Part shown: positions 1 through 9,705 of the stretch, in pieces | Position numbering within the stretch: position 1 is the first letter of the stretch | How the letters are laid out: each line of letters begins with the position of its first letter | The notes under the pieces: generated by a model | The model's database searches: none | Told to the model about the DNA's origin: nothing | What the model saw: the letters and a program-made list of their open reading frames with translations, nothing else | Program-made: the position numbers and the translations under genes | NCBI GenBank assembly: GCA_963709405.1 | Contig: CAVPXM010000059.1 | Coordinates: forward strand, 1-20,456 | Reading direction: 5' to 3' | DNA: 20,456 nucleotides | From: an uncultured Nitrososphaerales archaeon | GTDB lineage: Archaea; Thermoproteota; Nitrososphaeria; Nitrososphaerales; Nitrososphaeraceae

Positions 1-206
1 TAATAGCATAATTCATGAGTGTGGAATATAGCTATAACGATCACTTTTCATCTTTTCCTTTAAGTGTAACAAATGATATAATATGGGAGTTTGGTTTTGA
101 TGAAAATTGTGTAGCTGGTCACACATCGTAGGGGAAACATTTGCTCGAAGTCAAGATATGATCTCCTATACGAGATAGCTTTTTTGTCTAGAGAATATCT
201 TGGGCG

Positions 207-385
207 CTACCATGATTTTCTTGATATGAACATAATTCTAAATATTAGGGCAACCATTGAAGTGCCTATGAATGTAGCCGACTAGTAGAGCCATAACTTA
301 TTCAAAACTCCAGAGACAAGTGCGGGAGCAAGGGAGCGAGCAGGATTCATTGAAGCGCCAGATATAGATGCTAAAAAGAATATAT
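207..385 (-). pseudogene. Aquaporin/MIP channel, C-terminal remnant
   Basis: Manual translation gives FFLASISGASMNPARSLAPALVSGVLNKLWLY*SATFIG..., which contains the second NPA box (NPAR). There is an in-frame TAG at 282-284 where Trp is expected, and the N-terminal half is missing. Confidence 0.85.
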
Positions 386-443
386 GTAGCAATTGCGATG
401 GCAAAAATACGACTAGAAACGCATGAGATTGTTCTAGCATCAT

Positions 444-800
444 TCATGTAACTTTTTCAATCCATGCAAGGAATGATTCTACGTTCTTATGTTTCATGAA
501 TAGTGCTATTTCTTTCACAGAGCTTTTGCCGGTATTGGTCACAATTTCGACTATTTTATCCTCGCTAATATTCTTGAAGAGTTGAATCAATACTGACTTT
601 CCGATGGGGATCATCCATGCCTTAGATCCATAGATACATAAATATCCCTTCGATATATCTTTTGAGAACTTGGTTGATTAAAACAATAAGGCTAATTTCA
701 CGATCCTCTGCTTTCTTTCTCAATTTTCTTATTAAATTTTCATCGACTCTAAATGTTGTAGTAATTGTCCTTCTCGCTGCAGTATAGGAGATTCCTACTA
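444..800 (-). pseudogene. Ribbon-helix-helix domain protein remnant (frameshifted, truncated)
   Basis: Frame 1 reads TITTTFRVDENLIRKLRKKAEDREISLIVLINQVLKRYIE (RHH pattern). It continues in another frame near 630-650 as MIPIGKSVLIQLFKN...ALFMKHKNVESFLAWIEKVT*. No clear start codon. Confidence 0.65.
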
Positions 801-944
801 TGTTATATTATTATCAATTATCAATCCTTGAATCAGTATTTTTAAATTATAACCTCTCGAGTTTATAGTATCTTTCTAGGCCTTTATTAAGAGCCTATCC
901 CAAAATTCGATACGATTATAGCTCGATGTTGCTTTTGCTAAAGT

Positions 945-1337
945 ATGGCCTGTATCCAGAAGAAGAATGAGAAAGAGGATGATAAAAAGGATAATCGCAC
1001 CATCATAACCATTCCAGATGAATTGTGGGATGAGATTAAAGTAATTTTACCCAGAGAGAAACCACTCAAAACAGTGGGTCGGCCAATTGTACCATACAGA
1101 AAGGTACTTGATGGAGTTTTATACATCCTTAGAACTGGGTGCCAATGGAAGATGCTACCCAAAGAGTATGGATCGGGTTCCACATGCCATAGAAGGTTTC
1201 AGGAATGGAATAAACTGGATGTTTTCAAAAAGACATGGGTTCGATTACTGAAAATATATGATCAAATCATTGGTATCAACTGGACATGGCAATCAATCGA
1301 TAGTATATCCATAAAATCGCCTTTAGGGGGGCGATGA
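945..1337 (+). CDS. IS5 transposase, N-terminal part (DUF4096-like)
   Basis: Motifs IPDELW, GRP, VLDGVLYILRTGCQWKMLP, STCHRRFQEW and the first catalytic Asp (SIDS). Confidence 0.92.
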   Translation: MACIQKKNEKEDDKKDNRTIITIPDELWDEIKVILPREKPLKTVGRPIVPYRKVLDGVLYILRTGCQWKMLPKEYGSGSTCHRRFQEWNKLDVFKKTWVRLLKIYDQIIGINWTWQSIDSISIKSPLGGR

Positions 1338-1858
1338 CCGGAAATAATCCCACGGACAGGAGCAAACTGGGCACAAAAAGACACATTTTAACAGACAAAG
1401 AAGGTATACCGCTTTCGGCGGTCATTTCATCTGCTAATACCCATGACATTAAACTGGTAATAGATATGGTTGATAATTCAGTTATTAAAAAGCCGTCATC
1501 ATCATCCAAACCGAAATCAAGAAGAAAGGGAAGAAGGAGAAGGTTACAACATCTATGTCTTGACAAAGCATATAATTCCACACAAGAAGAACAGGAACTA
1601 ATCAGGCGGGGATATGTACTGCACATTAGTCCCAAAAGAAAGAGGGGTGAAAAAGAGGAGGAGGTCAAGACGGAAACGCAACCTTCCTTAAACCGGAAAA
1701 AACATTCTGCAAAAAGATGGGTTGTGGAAAGGACAAACTCATGGCACAACAGGTTCAGAAAACTGTTCACACGGTATGAAAAGAAGGCAGAGAACTACCT
1801 TGGACTGGTACAGTTCTCCTGTTTTATGATCATCTGTAGAAAGATATTTTTGGGATAG
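1334..1858 (+). CDS. IS5 transposase, C-terminal DDE part (-1 frame relative to the first ORF)
   Basis: Motifs GTKRHILTDKEGIPL, LCLDKAY and RWVVERTNSWHNRFRKL. It follows a G6 run (1326-1331) and an ATGA overlap, and its stop codon lies inside the right TIR. Confidence 0.92.
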   Translation: MTGNNPTDRSKLGTKRHILTDKEGIPLSAVISSANTHDIKLVIDMVDNSVIKKPSSSSKPKSRRKGRRRRLQHLCLDKAYNSTQEEQELIRRGYVLHISPKRKRGEKEEEVKTETQPSLNRKKHSAKRWVVERTNSWHNRFRKLFTRYEKKAENYLGLVQFSCFMIICRKIFLG

Positions 1859-2150
1859 GTTCTAAGTATAAAATATTGTGAATATATAAAGGAGTTTACC
1901 TGAAGCTTCTAGTACGATAGCTATTCTCGAAGCCTTCCAAGGCAGCAAAGCTGCAATCGACAATCTTTATCTTCGGTTTCTTCATAGTAATCTAAGATTA
2001 ACTGATGTACGCTTGCTGAGATTAAACTATAGAAAATAAATTCGTGTAACTACTTCACTTGGTACGTATTCACTGTAGTATTTGTTGCAATGCAATACGA
2101 TCAGAAGATATAAAAACACGTCTTAACAGGTATCAAATGCATGAATACAT

Positions 2151-3756
2151 ATGAAAAAGAGCAATGATGATAAGACTAACTCCAAACCTTTTGGACATAT
2201 GGAATATAAGATAAGAAAGGAAGTCTCTATTTTAAGAGTCTTATATGTTACATTGATGACTATTTCTTTATTCTGTGGTATTGCCATTACTTCAGTATTC
2301 ACTGCGGGCCAATATACCATTAGTCCTGCGATGGCTATAGGTGATAATAATGCTAGCAGTACGACGATCGCTCACAATAATACTCCAGAACAAAAATCTA
2401 TCACTACCAATGATACTAAAGCACACCCGCATAAGGTATTTACAATGATAGCCGAAGACGCTAGTATTGAAATATCTCCTGGCGAGCGAGTAAAGGTATG
2501 GACATTTAATGGAACAGTTCCTGGGCCTACGCTGAGATTTACGGAAGGAGATAATGTCACTATTCACTTTAAAAATAATGCACCAATGGCACATACATTA
2601 CATATGCATGGAACGCACGATGCAAAGAATGATGGTGCATTTCCTTTGATACTACCAAATCAAAGTTATACTTATAACTTTATAGCTGAGCCTGCAGGGG
2701 CGTTTCTGTATCATTGTCATGCTCCACCTACGTCACTCCACATTAGAATGGGAATGTATGGCTCGTTGATTATAGATCCAAAAGGAAATGACAGTTCAAT
2801 TCTAAAACCGGCTAGAGAATATGCATTAGTATTAAGTGAATATGACCCTGTGAATCCAGAAGCATTTATTCCTAAATATTACCCTATGAATGGCTATGCT
2901 GATCAATACATGGATAATAATTCTTTGCAAGCAAGACAAAATGAGCTTGTTAGATTTTATGTAGTTAACATCGGAACCACAATACCGTACTCATTTCATT
3001 TGCACAGCACTATTTTCAAAGTGTACCAATCTGGATTAATATCAAATAAACCTATAGATGCTCAAACAATATCAATTGGTCCAGGGGATGCTGCAATAGT
3101 TGAAGCAGTATGGAAATCTCCTGGAACATATTTTGTCCATAGTCACGGATTACAAGAAGAAAGAGGAAATATGGGAGAGATACATGTGATTCCAACAGCT
3201 GAAAAGAATAATAATAATACTGTTGCTTCAACATCAAACTACTCTTCTCTAAAACCAGTTACAAACAAGAGCGTATCAATGATAGCTTGGCAGTATCAGT
3301 TGCAAAAAAAATTACAAAAACCAATCATCTCCAATGGTAGCGGAGAAGAAATAGCAAATTCCTCAGAACCTCTTGTTTCTAAAATGCAGCCTAGTCCAAT
3401 GACAGAAGGACAAGGGCATCAAGAGCATTTGGCCACAAATTTTACTTCTAATCGTAACAACACAAATAATACCGCATCAACTACCCAAGTAAGCATTGAA
3501 AAAGGTTCTTGGGATACTAAGCAAAAAGATAATTACTCGCCAAAAGAAATCATTGCGCATGTTGGCTCTACAATTACATGGATAAATGATGACACGTTGC
3601 CTCATACTATAACAAGCGATAGAGTCTGGATTGTTTGATTCTTCCATTCTATCAGCGGGGCACAAATGGATGCATACATTCGTCAAAATTGGAGATTATG
3701 AATATCATTGTACCCTGCATCCTTGGATGAAAGGGAGTGTAAAAGTGATAAGTTAA
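2151..3756 (+). CDS. Membrane-anchored/secreted two-domain multicopper oxidase with C-terminal plastocyanin-like cupredoxin domain (one frameshift at ~3621)
   Basis: N-terminal hydrophobic helix. Domain 1 has HTLHMHG and YHCHAPPTSLHIRMGM; domain 2 has FHLHS and VHSHG. A third domain starts WINDDTLPHTITS and continues in the +1 frame as SGLFDSSIL...YEYHCTLHPWMKGSVKVIS* to TAA 3754-3756. Confidence 0.9.
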
Positions 3757-4140
3757 TAGTCATATATTGGGAATTAAATTTTGGTTTGAACGAATCTATA
3801 CAATACGGAATAAGCTTCCTAGGTCGAAATATATTTTGTTTTAGTTACCATTATTTTTACCAATTCGGTTGGAAATTGGAGAACAAGATCAAAACCTCAG
3901 AATTTGACTCACTACCAATTCAACACCGTTTTATGTTCATAAAGAGACATTTTCTTTTCTCAATGCGAATCACACTATTGAAACTAAACAAGCTACCGTG
4001 TTTAAGCGCAATTAGCTGGCCATTATGAAGACCATTTTATCGCCGGTTATTGACAAACTAGTCATATTTGAATACCATCTCATTTTTCCTTTTGTTGTAA
4101 TAGTTCAACGGCTTCTGCAGAAAAGGCTTTCTTAATTAAC

Positions 4141-4457
4141 TGTTGTACTTGCACGGATAGGTTACATTTCTAATTACCTACATGGGTTACACTTTTCTGT
4201 TTAGTTCTCGTATGTGTACTGGATGTAATTAACCTTTGTAGGAACATCTCCGATGGAGTAAGACCATTTATGCCTCCATGTTCTCTGGTTTCGTTATATG
4301 CTTTAACAAACATGTCGTATCTTTGTTTACCATCATCTATGTTTGGTATACCTTCTAATGCTATGAATTCATTCTTTACAATCTTGTTATATGCTTCTAC
4401 TTTGCCCTGTAACTGCGGCTATAGTCTATAATGTCACCTATGTCAGTAAGTACAACA
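4141..4457 (-). mobile_element. Non-autonomous, internally deleted IS481-family element (MITE-like, 317 bp)
   Basis: TGT...ACA ends, 28-bp imperfect TIR (TGTTGTACTTGCACGGATAGGTTACATT vs TGTTGTACTTACTGACATAGGTGACATT) and a 6-bp target duplication ATTAAC at 4135-4140 and 4458-4463. Confidence 0.88.
4170..4418 (-). pseudogene. IS481/rve-type transposase C-terminal fragment
   Basis: PQLQGKVEAYNKIVKNEF...AYNETREHGGINGLTPSEMF matches the integrase-core C-terminal signature. No start codon or N-terminus. Confidence 0.85.
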
Positions 4458-4643
4458 ATTAACTCAATAGAACGGATCTCTCTCACAAGTTGCTATCCTA
4501 TACTAAATTATGATAATTTAATAGCATTATGGAAACTATTCTTACCAAATTGTATCTAATAGTACAATACTATCTCCACATTTTGTGGTTCGATGTTTGC
4601 ACCATATCGCTTAAATTACACAAACGACCTAATACTATCGGGT

Positions 4644-5061
4644 ATGCAATCTAACAGGGCTTCTATGTTTAATTTTACAGAAAGTAAGCCCAAATTGCTT
4701 GCAATAATATCAGTTGTTGTAATAGGAGCTGCTAGCAATACCTGTTATTTTGCCACATATAGGTCACGTTTACATGATCTACCATATTCTACTTCACCTT
4801 GTGAGTCTGATCATATCTATTTTCCTTGGAACCGTAGCCATTATCGCCTACAGGAGAAATAGTTCAAGTAGGCTTTTATTTATGGCATTAGGCTTTTTGT
4901 CACTGGTGGTAATCGAATGTCTCTATCTATTGTTTGCAACAGTAAATATTGAGGATATTATAATACCTGTCGTAAGGATTGAATTGCCTCACATAATTCT
5001 GTTTGCCATGTTAACTCTATTTGGTATTGGGGTATTTAGGGTGAACAATAAGAAATTATGA
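4644..5061 (+). CDS. Small multi-pass membrane protein (frameshift at ~4731)
   Basis: The frames join as KLLAIISVVVIGA/LAIPVILPHIGHVYMIYHILLHLVSLIISIFLG..., giving about four hydrophobic helices with several His. Its stop overlaps the next start (ATGA 5058-5061). Confidence 0.65.
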
Positions 5062-5637
5062 ATTTGAGATTAGACACATCAAACGGGACATCTCATCTTA
5101 TAGAACCTAGTGCTCAGGCTTTTCAAGAAGTCAGGAGCGGTATTGATGAATCACTATTGACTTGTATCGACAGAAATCCTGGTGTCCGATATAGAGAGTT
5201 GCTCAGAATATCTCGTCTTGGCAATGGCGTTTTAACTTATCATCTTTCGATTCTGGAGAGAATGGGGAAAATAAGGGTCGATAGAAAAAGAAGCAAGATA
5301 ACACGATATTATCTCACAGATGTTCCCGATGAAGACACTGATCTTATAGGCTCGATGAGAAATAAGGTGACAAGACAGACTTATTCTCTTCATATTAGAA
5401 CATGATATGTGTACGTTTAGCGAAATCGTTGAGAACAGTGGAAAGGCACAATCAACAATATCTTGGCATCTTAATAGATTAAGGGATGTGGGAATTATCT
5501 CTGTTTCGATTGGAGAACGCTCACACCATTATACAGTAGTCGATAGCAGAGAGGTCAAGAAGATATTATTTACGTACAAGGAAGCCTTTTTGGATAAAAT
5601 TGTAGACAACTACGTTGGTATAATGGATCAACTGTAA
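5058..5637 (+). CDS. Winged helix-turn-helix transcriptional regulator with two tandem ArsR-like wHTH domains (frameshift at ~5379)
   Basis: NPGVRYRELLRISRLGNGVLTYHLSILE...ITRYY and, after removing one base, RQ/LILFILEHDMCTFSEIVENSGKAQSTISWHLNRLRDVGII. ORFs 5058-5405 and 5407-5637 form one gene. Confidence 0.82.
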
Positions 5638-5661
5638 ACCTAAACTTTTACTATATGATCA

Positions 5662-6255
5662 ATGTCTACTAGAAATCACAAACATTTACCTGGCCTGTTT
5701 GGCCCAGTCGCATTATCATTACTGTGTTTTTTACTTTTTATAAACATGACACTTGTGGAACAGAAGATAGCACTAGCAGATACAATCAAAGGCGCAATAC
5801 GTCAGAGAATAGGTAATTACGATATGGAGATGAAAACTATTCCGCCCAATCCAGTCGAAGGTACAAATACAAAAATTCAATTAAGAATAGGGAGTGTTGA
5901 AGGTGATGAATTAGTTGACATCCCGGTTGTTATTAGATTATCCAAAGGAGGATTGGAACTAGCAAGAACCAATCCTATATCAGTAACGTACGGCCATTAC
6001 ATATTTCCATATACATTCAATCAAACCGGAATATACTCGTTAGATGTTGATGTATATGATACATCATATAATAGCCAAAACATCACTTTTACTTTTCCGG
6101 TAACCGTCATCAGTCCCTATTTGTCCTTCTTTATGCCTTCGCAACCTTTGAACGTAGTGGCTCTCGAAATTGTGCTGGTTGTAGCCTCGATAATATGTGG
6201 TGTAGTTGGTACGATTTATATTAGAAGGAAGAAAGCCCGCGCCATGGAATCTTAG
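5662..6255 (+). CDS. Surface protein with signal peptide, Ig-like (YtkA/FixH-like) domain and C-terminal TM anchor
   Basis: N-terminal hydrophobic stretch, beta-rich core GHYIFPYTFNQTGIYSLDVDV, and a C-terminal TM helix followed by RRKK. The family assignment is by pattern only. Confidence 0.7.
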   Translation: MSTRNHKHLPGLFGPVALSLLCFLLFINMTLVEQKIALADTIKGAIRQRIGNYDMEMKTIPPNPVEGTNTKIQLRIGSVEGDELVDIPVVIRLSKGGLELARTNPISVTYGHYIFPYTFNQTGIYSLDVDVYDTSYNSQNITFTFPVTVISPYLSFFMPSQPLNVVALEIVLVVASIICGVVGTIYIRRKKARAMES

Positions 6256-6573
6256 GCTTTGGTCCACCGTGAAAAGTACGAGCTAATCCTGATGTCTTTT
6301 GCATGTCGTTCTCCTCACCTTCTACTACTTTGAGATTATTAATTTTAGACCCAATCTCTATAATGCATGCATGTACGAAATTTGAAAACTAGACTTCATC
6401 GAATGTCATCATTTTCATTTTGCAATTCCACATACACAATAGAAGACTCATTTATAATTGTTGGAAATCTCTGTCAAAAGGATGACAGTTATAACGAGAT
6501 GAAACGAGACGATATTACTCATTCATACCTGAACGGTATATAATCTCGGTAATGCGGAGAATCTGCTTACTTT

Positions 6574-8406
6574 TTATGATTTAACTTCTTTTTCTATAGT
6601 ATGTGGTTCTTGTTCTTCTTCATGTATTCTCAATTGTAATGGGATGCTAAAGGAAAAGGTAGCTCCTTTACTGCGATCTCCATTATTCTGGCCCCAAATT
6701 CTACCACCATGTGCCTCTATAATACTTTTAGATATGTATAATCCCAATCCTGTCCCTTGCAGTGATTTGGTCGCAAATTTTGTAAACAATCTCGAAAGCA
6801 TCTGTGGATCTATGCCGGGGCCAGTATCACTTATACTAACTATTGCCTCCTCATAATTCTTCTGTACTGATATTGACACTGTACCATAGTCTGTAAACTT
6901 AATGGCATTGCCAAGGAGATTAGATAAGACTTGAGCAAGTCTGGTTCTATCGGCTACGACTAAGATATCTTCTCGAGAAGACGAATATTCAATATTTGCA
7001 TGCCTGTCCTCTTTTCTGATTTGCGTTTGGAAATCTACGATAACATTAGAGATTAATTCGTTTAACTTAAATCGTTCCTTCTTTAGCTCCAAAGTGCCAC
7101 TTTCGATCCGGGTTACATCTAAAATATTTTCTGAAACCTTCTGCAGTCTCTTGGCGTTTCTGACCACTATGTCAATTAATTCTTGCCGTTTTGTCGGATC
7201 TAGACCTTCCGATCCAATGATAGGGGAAAGACTAAGGATTGGTTGAATAGGGGTACGTAATTCGTGAGCTGCAATATTGATAAACTCGTTTTGCATATCG
7301 TGGGCTTTTTTTAATTCCTCATTGACTAGATGTTCAGCCCAAAGCAATTCGAATACTGATTTAAATGAATCCACGCCAGGTTTGCTATTGGAATACACAC
7401 TAAACCCAATGGCCTCCGAGGAAGTCTCTGCATCCGGCCTAGTTACTTCTACACGTAAAAATCTTGAACTATCAGCTATGAACATTCCAGCTGAAGAATC
7501 ATTACCATCAAGAACTCGAATATTAGGGGCATTAGTAGATATTCTTATTGCAATGTTTGAATTTCTTTCACTCAACGGACAGATCATTTTTACTATTTTT
7601 CCTCTATTAGACAAGTTGATCAACTGATCGACTATTCCTATTTTATCAATTCTGATCATTGCTTTGTCATTCGGAAGTAAGAGCAAAGCTTCAGTCTTTA
7701 CGGATTTTACAAGTTCTATAAAAACTTGAGTTACCTTTTCAGGGTCGGTAATTACATCAAGAAAATCTGGTTCTGTTCCGTGTTCTATAGATTCTATCCT
7801 GTCCCGGGCATCTACGCCTGTACCCCATAATTCCTTAAAGATCGAAATAAAGTGATCTATGTAGGCAGGTTCACTACTAACTAGTAAATTATGAATAGTA
7901 TCATGGTAATTTGCGCTGCTTTGGATACCTTTACCACCACTGACTGCATGATTAACTTCTATTTCATGCAAGCTGGCAATCATCTCCTTGTCCGAAACTG
8001 CAAAGTCAATTGGGGGCATATTTTTTACATGTCTTATTTGCACACCTAATTTTAGAAATTCTTTGACTATATCGATGCTACTATTATCTACAGTGGTGAT
8101 CCATCTAATACCTCTATGTTCTCCATTATGGAAACTAGCCATAACCTTCTGATATAAATCAAAGTAGTTGTTATATGCAGATCTTATGCTACTGGATTTT
8201 AAACAGGCTAAAAATTCGTTAGAGCCTTCTAAAACCCTTCTCCCCTCGCGTAGTATTTCGTCGTAATCACGTATTACTTTGATCTCTTTTAGAACATTTG
8301 TTAGATATTGTTTCATTTCTTGCTCTGTTAATGATGCTTTGATACCGCTTTCTTCAGTCAATAGTTCTTCTTGCTGTACGGTAACTGAAACTACCTTTCG
8401 TTCCAA
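6574..8406 (-). CDS. Sensor histidine kinase, cytoplasmic part (HisKA + HATPase_c with upstream TrmB/PLD-like domains)
   Basis: H-box FINIAAHELRTPIQPIL, N-box QVLSNLLGNAIKFT, G1 ISDTGPGI, F-box LFTKF, G2 GTGLGLYISKSIIEAHGG. Confidence 0.93.
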   Translation of the reverse strand: MERKVVSVTVQQEELLTEESGIKASLTEQEMKQYLTNVLKEIKVIRDYDEILREGRRVLEGSNEFLACLKSSSIRSAYNNYFDLYQKVMASFHNGEHRGIRWITTVDNSSIDIVKEFLKLGVQIRHVKNMPPIDFAVSDKEMIASLHEIEVNHAVSGGKGIQSSANYHDTIHNLLVSSEPAYIDHFISIFKELWGTGVDARDRIESIEHGTEPDFLDVITDPEKVTQVFIELVKSVKTEALLLLPNDKAMIRIDKIGIVDQLINLSNRGKIVKMICPLSERNSNIAIRISTNAPNIRVLDGNDSSAGMFIADSSRFLRVEVTRPDAETSSEAIGFSVYSNSKPGVDSFKSVFELLWAEHLVNEELKKAHDMQNEFINIAAHELRTPIQPILSLSPIIGSEGLDPTKRQELIDIVVRNAKRLQKVSENILDVTRIESGTLELKKERFKLNELISNVIVDFQTQIRKEDRHANIEYSSSREDILVVADRTRLAQVLSNLLGNAIKFTDYGTVSISVQKNYEEAIVSISDTGPGIDPQMLSRLFTKFATKSLQGTGLGLYISKSIIEAHGGRIWGQNNGDRSKGATFSFSIPLQLRIHEEEQEPHTIEKEVKS

Positions 8407-9705
8407 TTGCTGGCTTCAACTGTGCTGCACCTACGTTAACAAGTGTCTTTGATTCTTCTACTGCAGATTTTCTAATGAAATTCCGTAATCTTGCATCTTG
8501 TGACAAGAATATTGCTGATGCATAAAGGCCTATGCAGAACATATACGAAGATAAAAATACCAATGCGTGAGCGGCTACACCATACGTCTGTTGTAATCCA
8601 GAAACCTCATTAGCAATCCCTACTGTGGTAAGGCCTATGGCCGCAATCATTAGATAATCTTTAACTTTCTTGGAAGTGATATTTCTTGTTATTATAAAAA
8701 ATGCAAGACCAAACAGAAGGCTGCTCGCCTATAGTACCTGCTCTGAATACGATTCTCATATAGATTCTGTAGGTGGCATCATTTGGCAGCGAGATTATCA
8801 AACCACTTCCGATTATGTACAAGACTAGAGGCACAGACAATAAGATCCAATACTTGAGTGGAAAGTTGGCTAGCTTCTGACCAATTCTTTGATAATACTG
8901 CTGCAGAAGGATGAAAATGCTTACCCATGTAAAAATATAGGGAGTATCAGAGACTAGGTATGTGATAAACTTGTGAACTGAGAGCATAGACATTGGTACT
9001 ATATATAGTGTAGTAGTATCGCTATTGACTATCTTGTACTGTACTTGACCATGATATTTTTCACTAGTTTTGTAGATAAATGAAGAGTTTGGAACTGCGC
9101 CAGCAGGAGACTTTTCTTCTATTACCTTTTGCAATACTATTTTATCTAAAGCGTCTAGTCCGATGGACATGCCTAGGCTGGCAGCTGCTAATCCAAAAAA
9201 TAGAAGCATAATCGCGTTCTTATTGCTTACCTTATACCAAGAAAAAAATTTGTAACTAAATAATCCCAAAATTATACTACTAGCCAAAGATGCTAGTGCG
9301 TTAACTGAGGTTGCCTCAACCCTCGAGTGCATGCAGAAGTTGAAAAAACTATAGCAGTTCGTTGCATTGTCGTAGATCACATATAAGAGAATACTTAATA
9401 GGGAAAGTTGGACTATTGATACCGAAAAGTGTATCCTCTTTATAAATAAAGATTTGGCCCTTAAAACCAGTACTTGTTTGCTTTATGTATTTCAAGAGAA
9501 TCCAGGAGGCTAATCCATATCCTACCCCAACGACTAACAAAAAGGTGATCGTTTGTAGGGTATTGTCAAAATTTATAATTTGGCGGGTTAGTAGGAGAGA
9601 AAATATTATTATGGAAAGCATGACCGCAGTAACACAGATTAATATTTTTGTACTGTTTTCGTAGCCATTTAGAGCTACAAAACTGCGAACAGATAGCTTT
9701 TCCAT
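8407..9705 (-). CDS. Multi-TM N-terminal region of the same histidine kinase, split into three ORFs by frameshifts
   Basis: Removing one base at each of ~9465, ~8726 and ~8412 gives continuous reading (TSTG/LRAKSLFIKR; AGTIG/SSLLFGLAFF; AAQLK/QQLERKVV) into the kinase, 1042 aa in total. Confidence 0.75.

Larger units (their letters stand above)
891..1862 (+). mobile_element. IS5-family insertion sequence (two-ORF type), apparently complete
   Basis: TIRs are GAGCCTATCCCAAAA (891-905) and TTTTGGGATAGGTTC (1848-1862), a 14/15 match. TAA lies on both flanks (888-890, 1863-1865) as the target duplication. Two overlapping transposase ORFs are inside. Confidence 0.93.

Noticed and set aside
282-284. 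In-frame TAG in aquaporin (and at 18236 in polB) as pyrrolysine or readthrough
   Set aside because: Both genes are also truncated and no pyl machinery is visible, so simple nonsense mutation suffices.
938-1770. Minus-strand ORFs 938-1183 and 1276-1770
   Set aside because: Antisense shadows of the IS5 transposase. The same applies to 2123-2594, 3052-3237, 3477-3686, 6064-6267, 6644-6856, 7277-7627, 12262-12450, 13192-13440, 17001-17183, 17975-18373 and 19008-19256, which shadow other genes.
2151-3638. Calling the copper protein nitrite reductase NirK
   Set aside because: It has four HxH motifs including HCH, typical of oxidases with a trinuclear centre, and lacks the NirK HxxDxH/HC-only pattern.
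3708-4028. 106-aa ORF after the oxidase
   Set aside because: It overlaps the real cupredoxin tail in another frame and has no recognisable motif.
4550-4567. Imperfect palindrome TTGTATCTAATAGTACAA as an operator for the wHTH regulator
   Set aside because: Weak symmetry in AT-rich DNA, and no second copy was noticed upstream of the oxidase.
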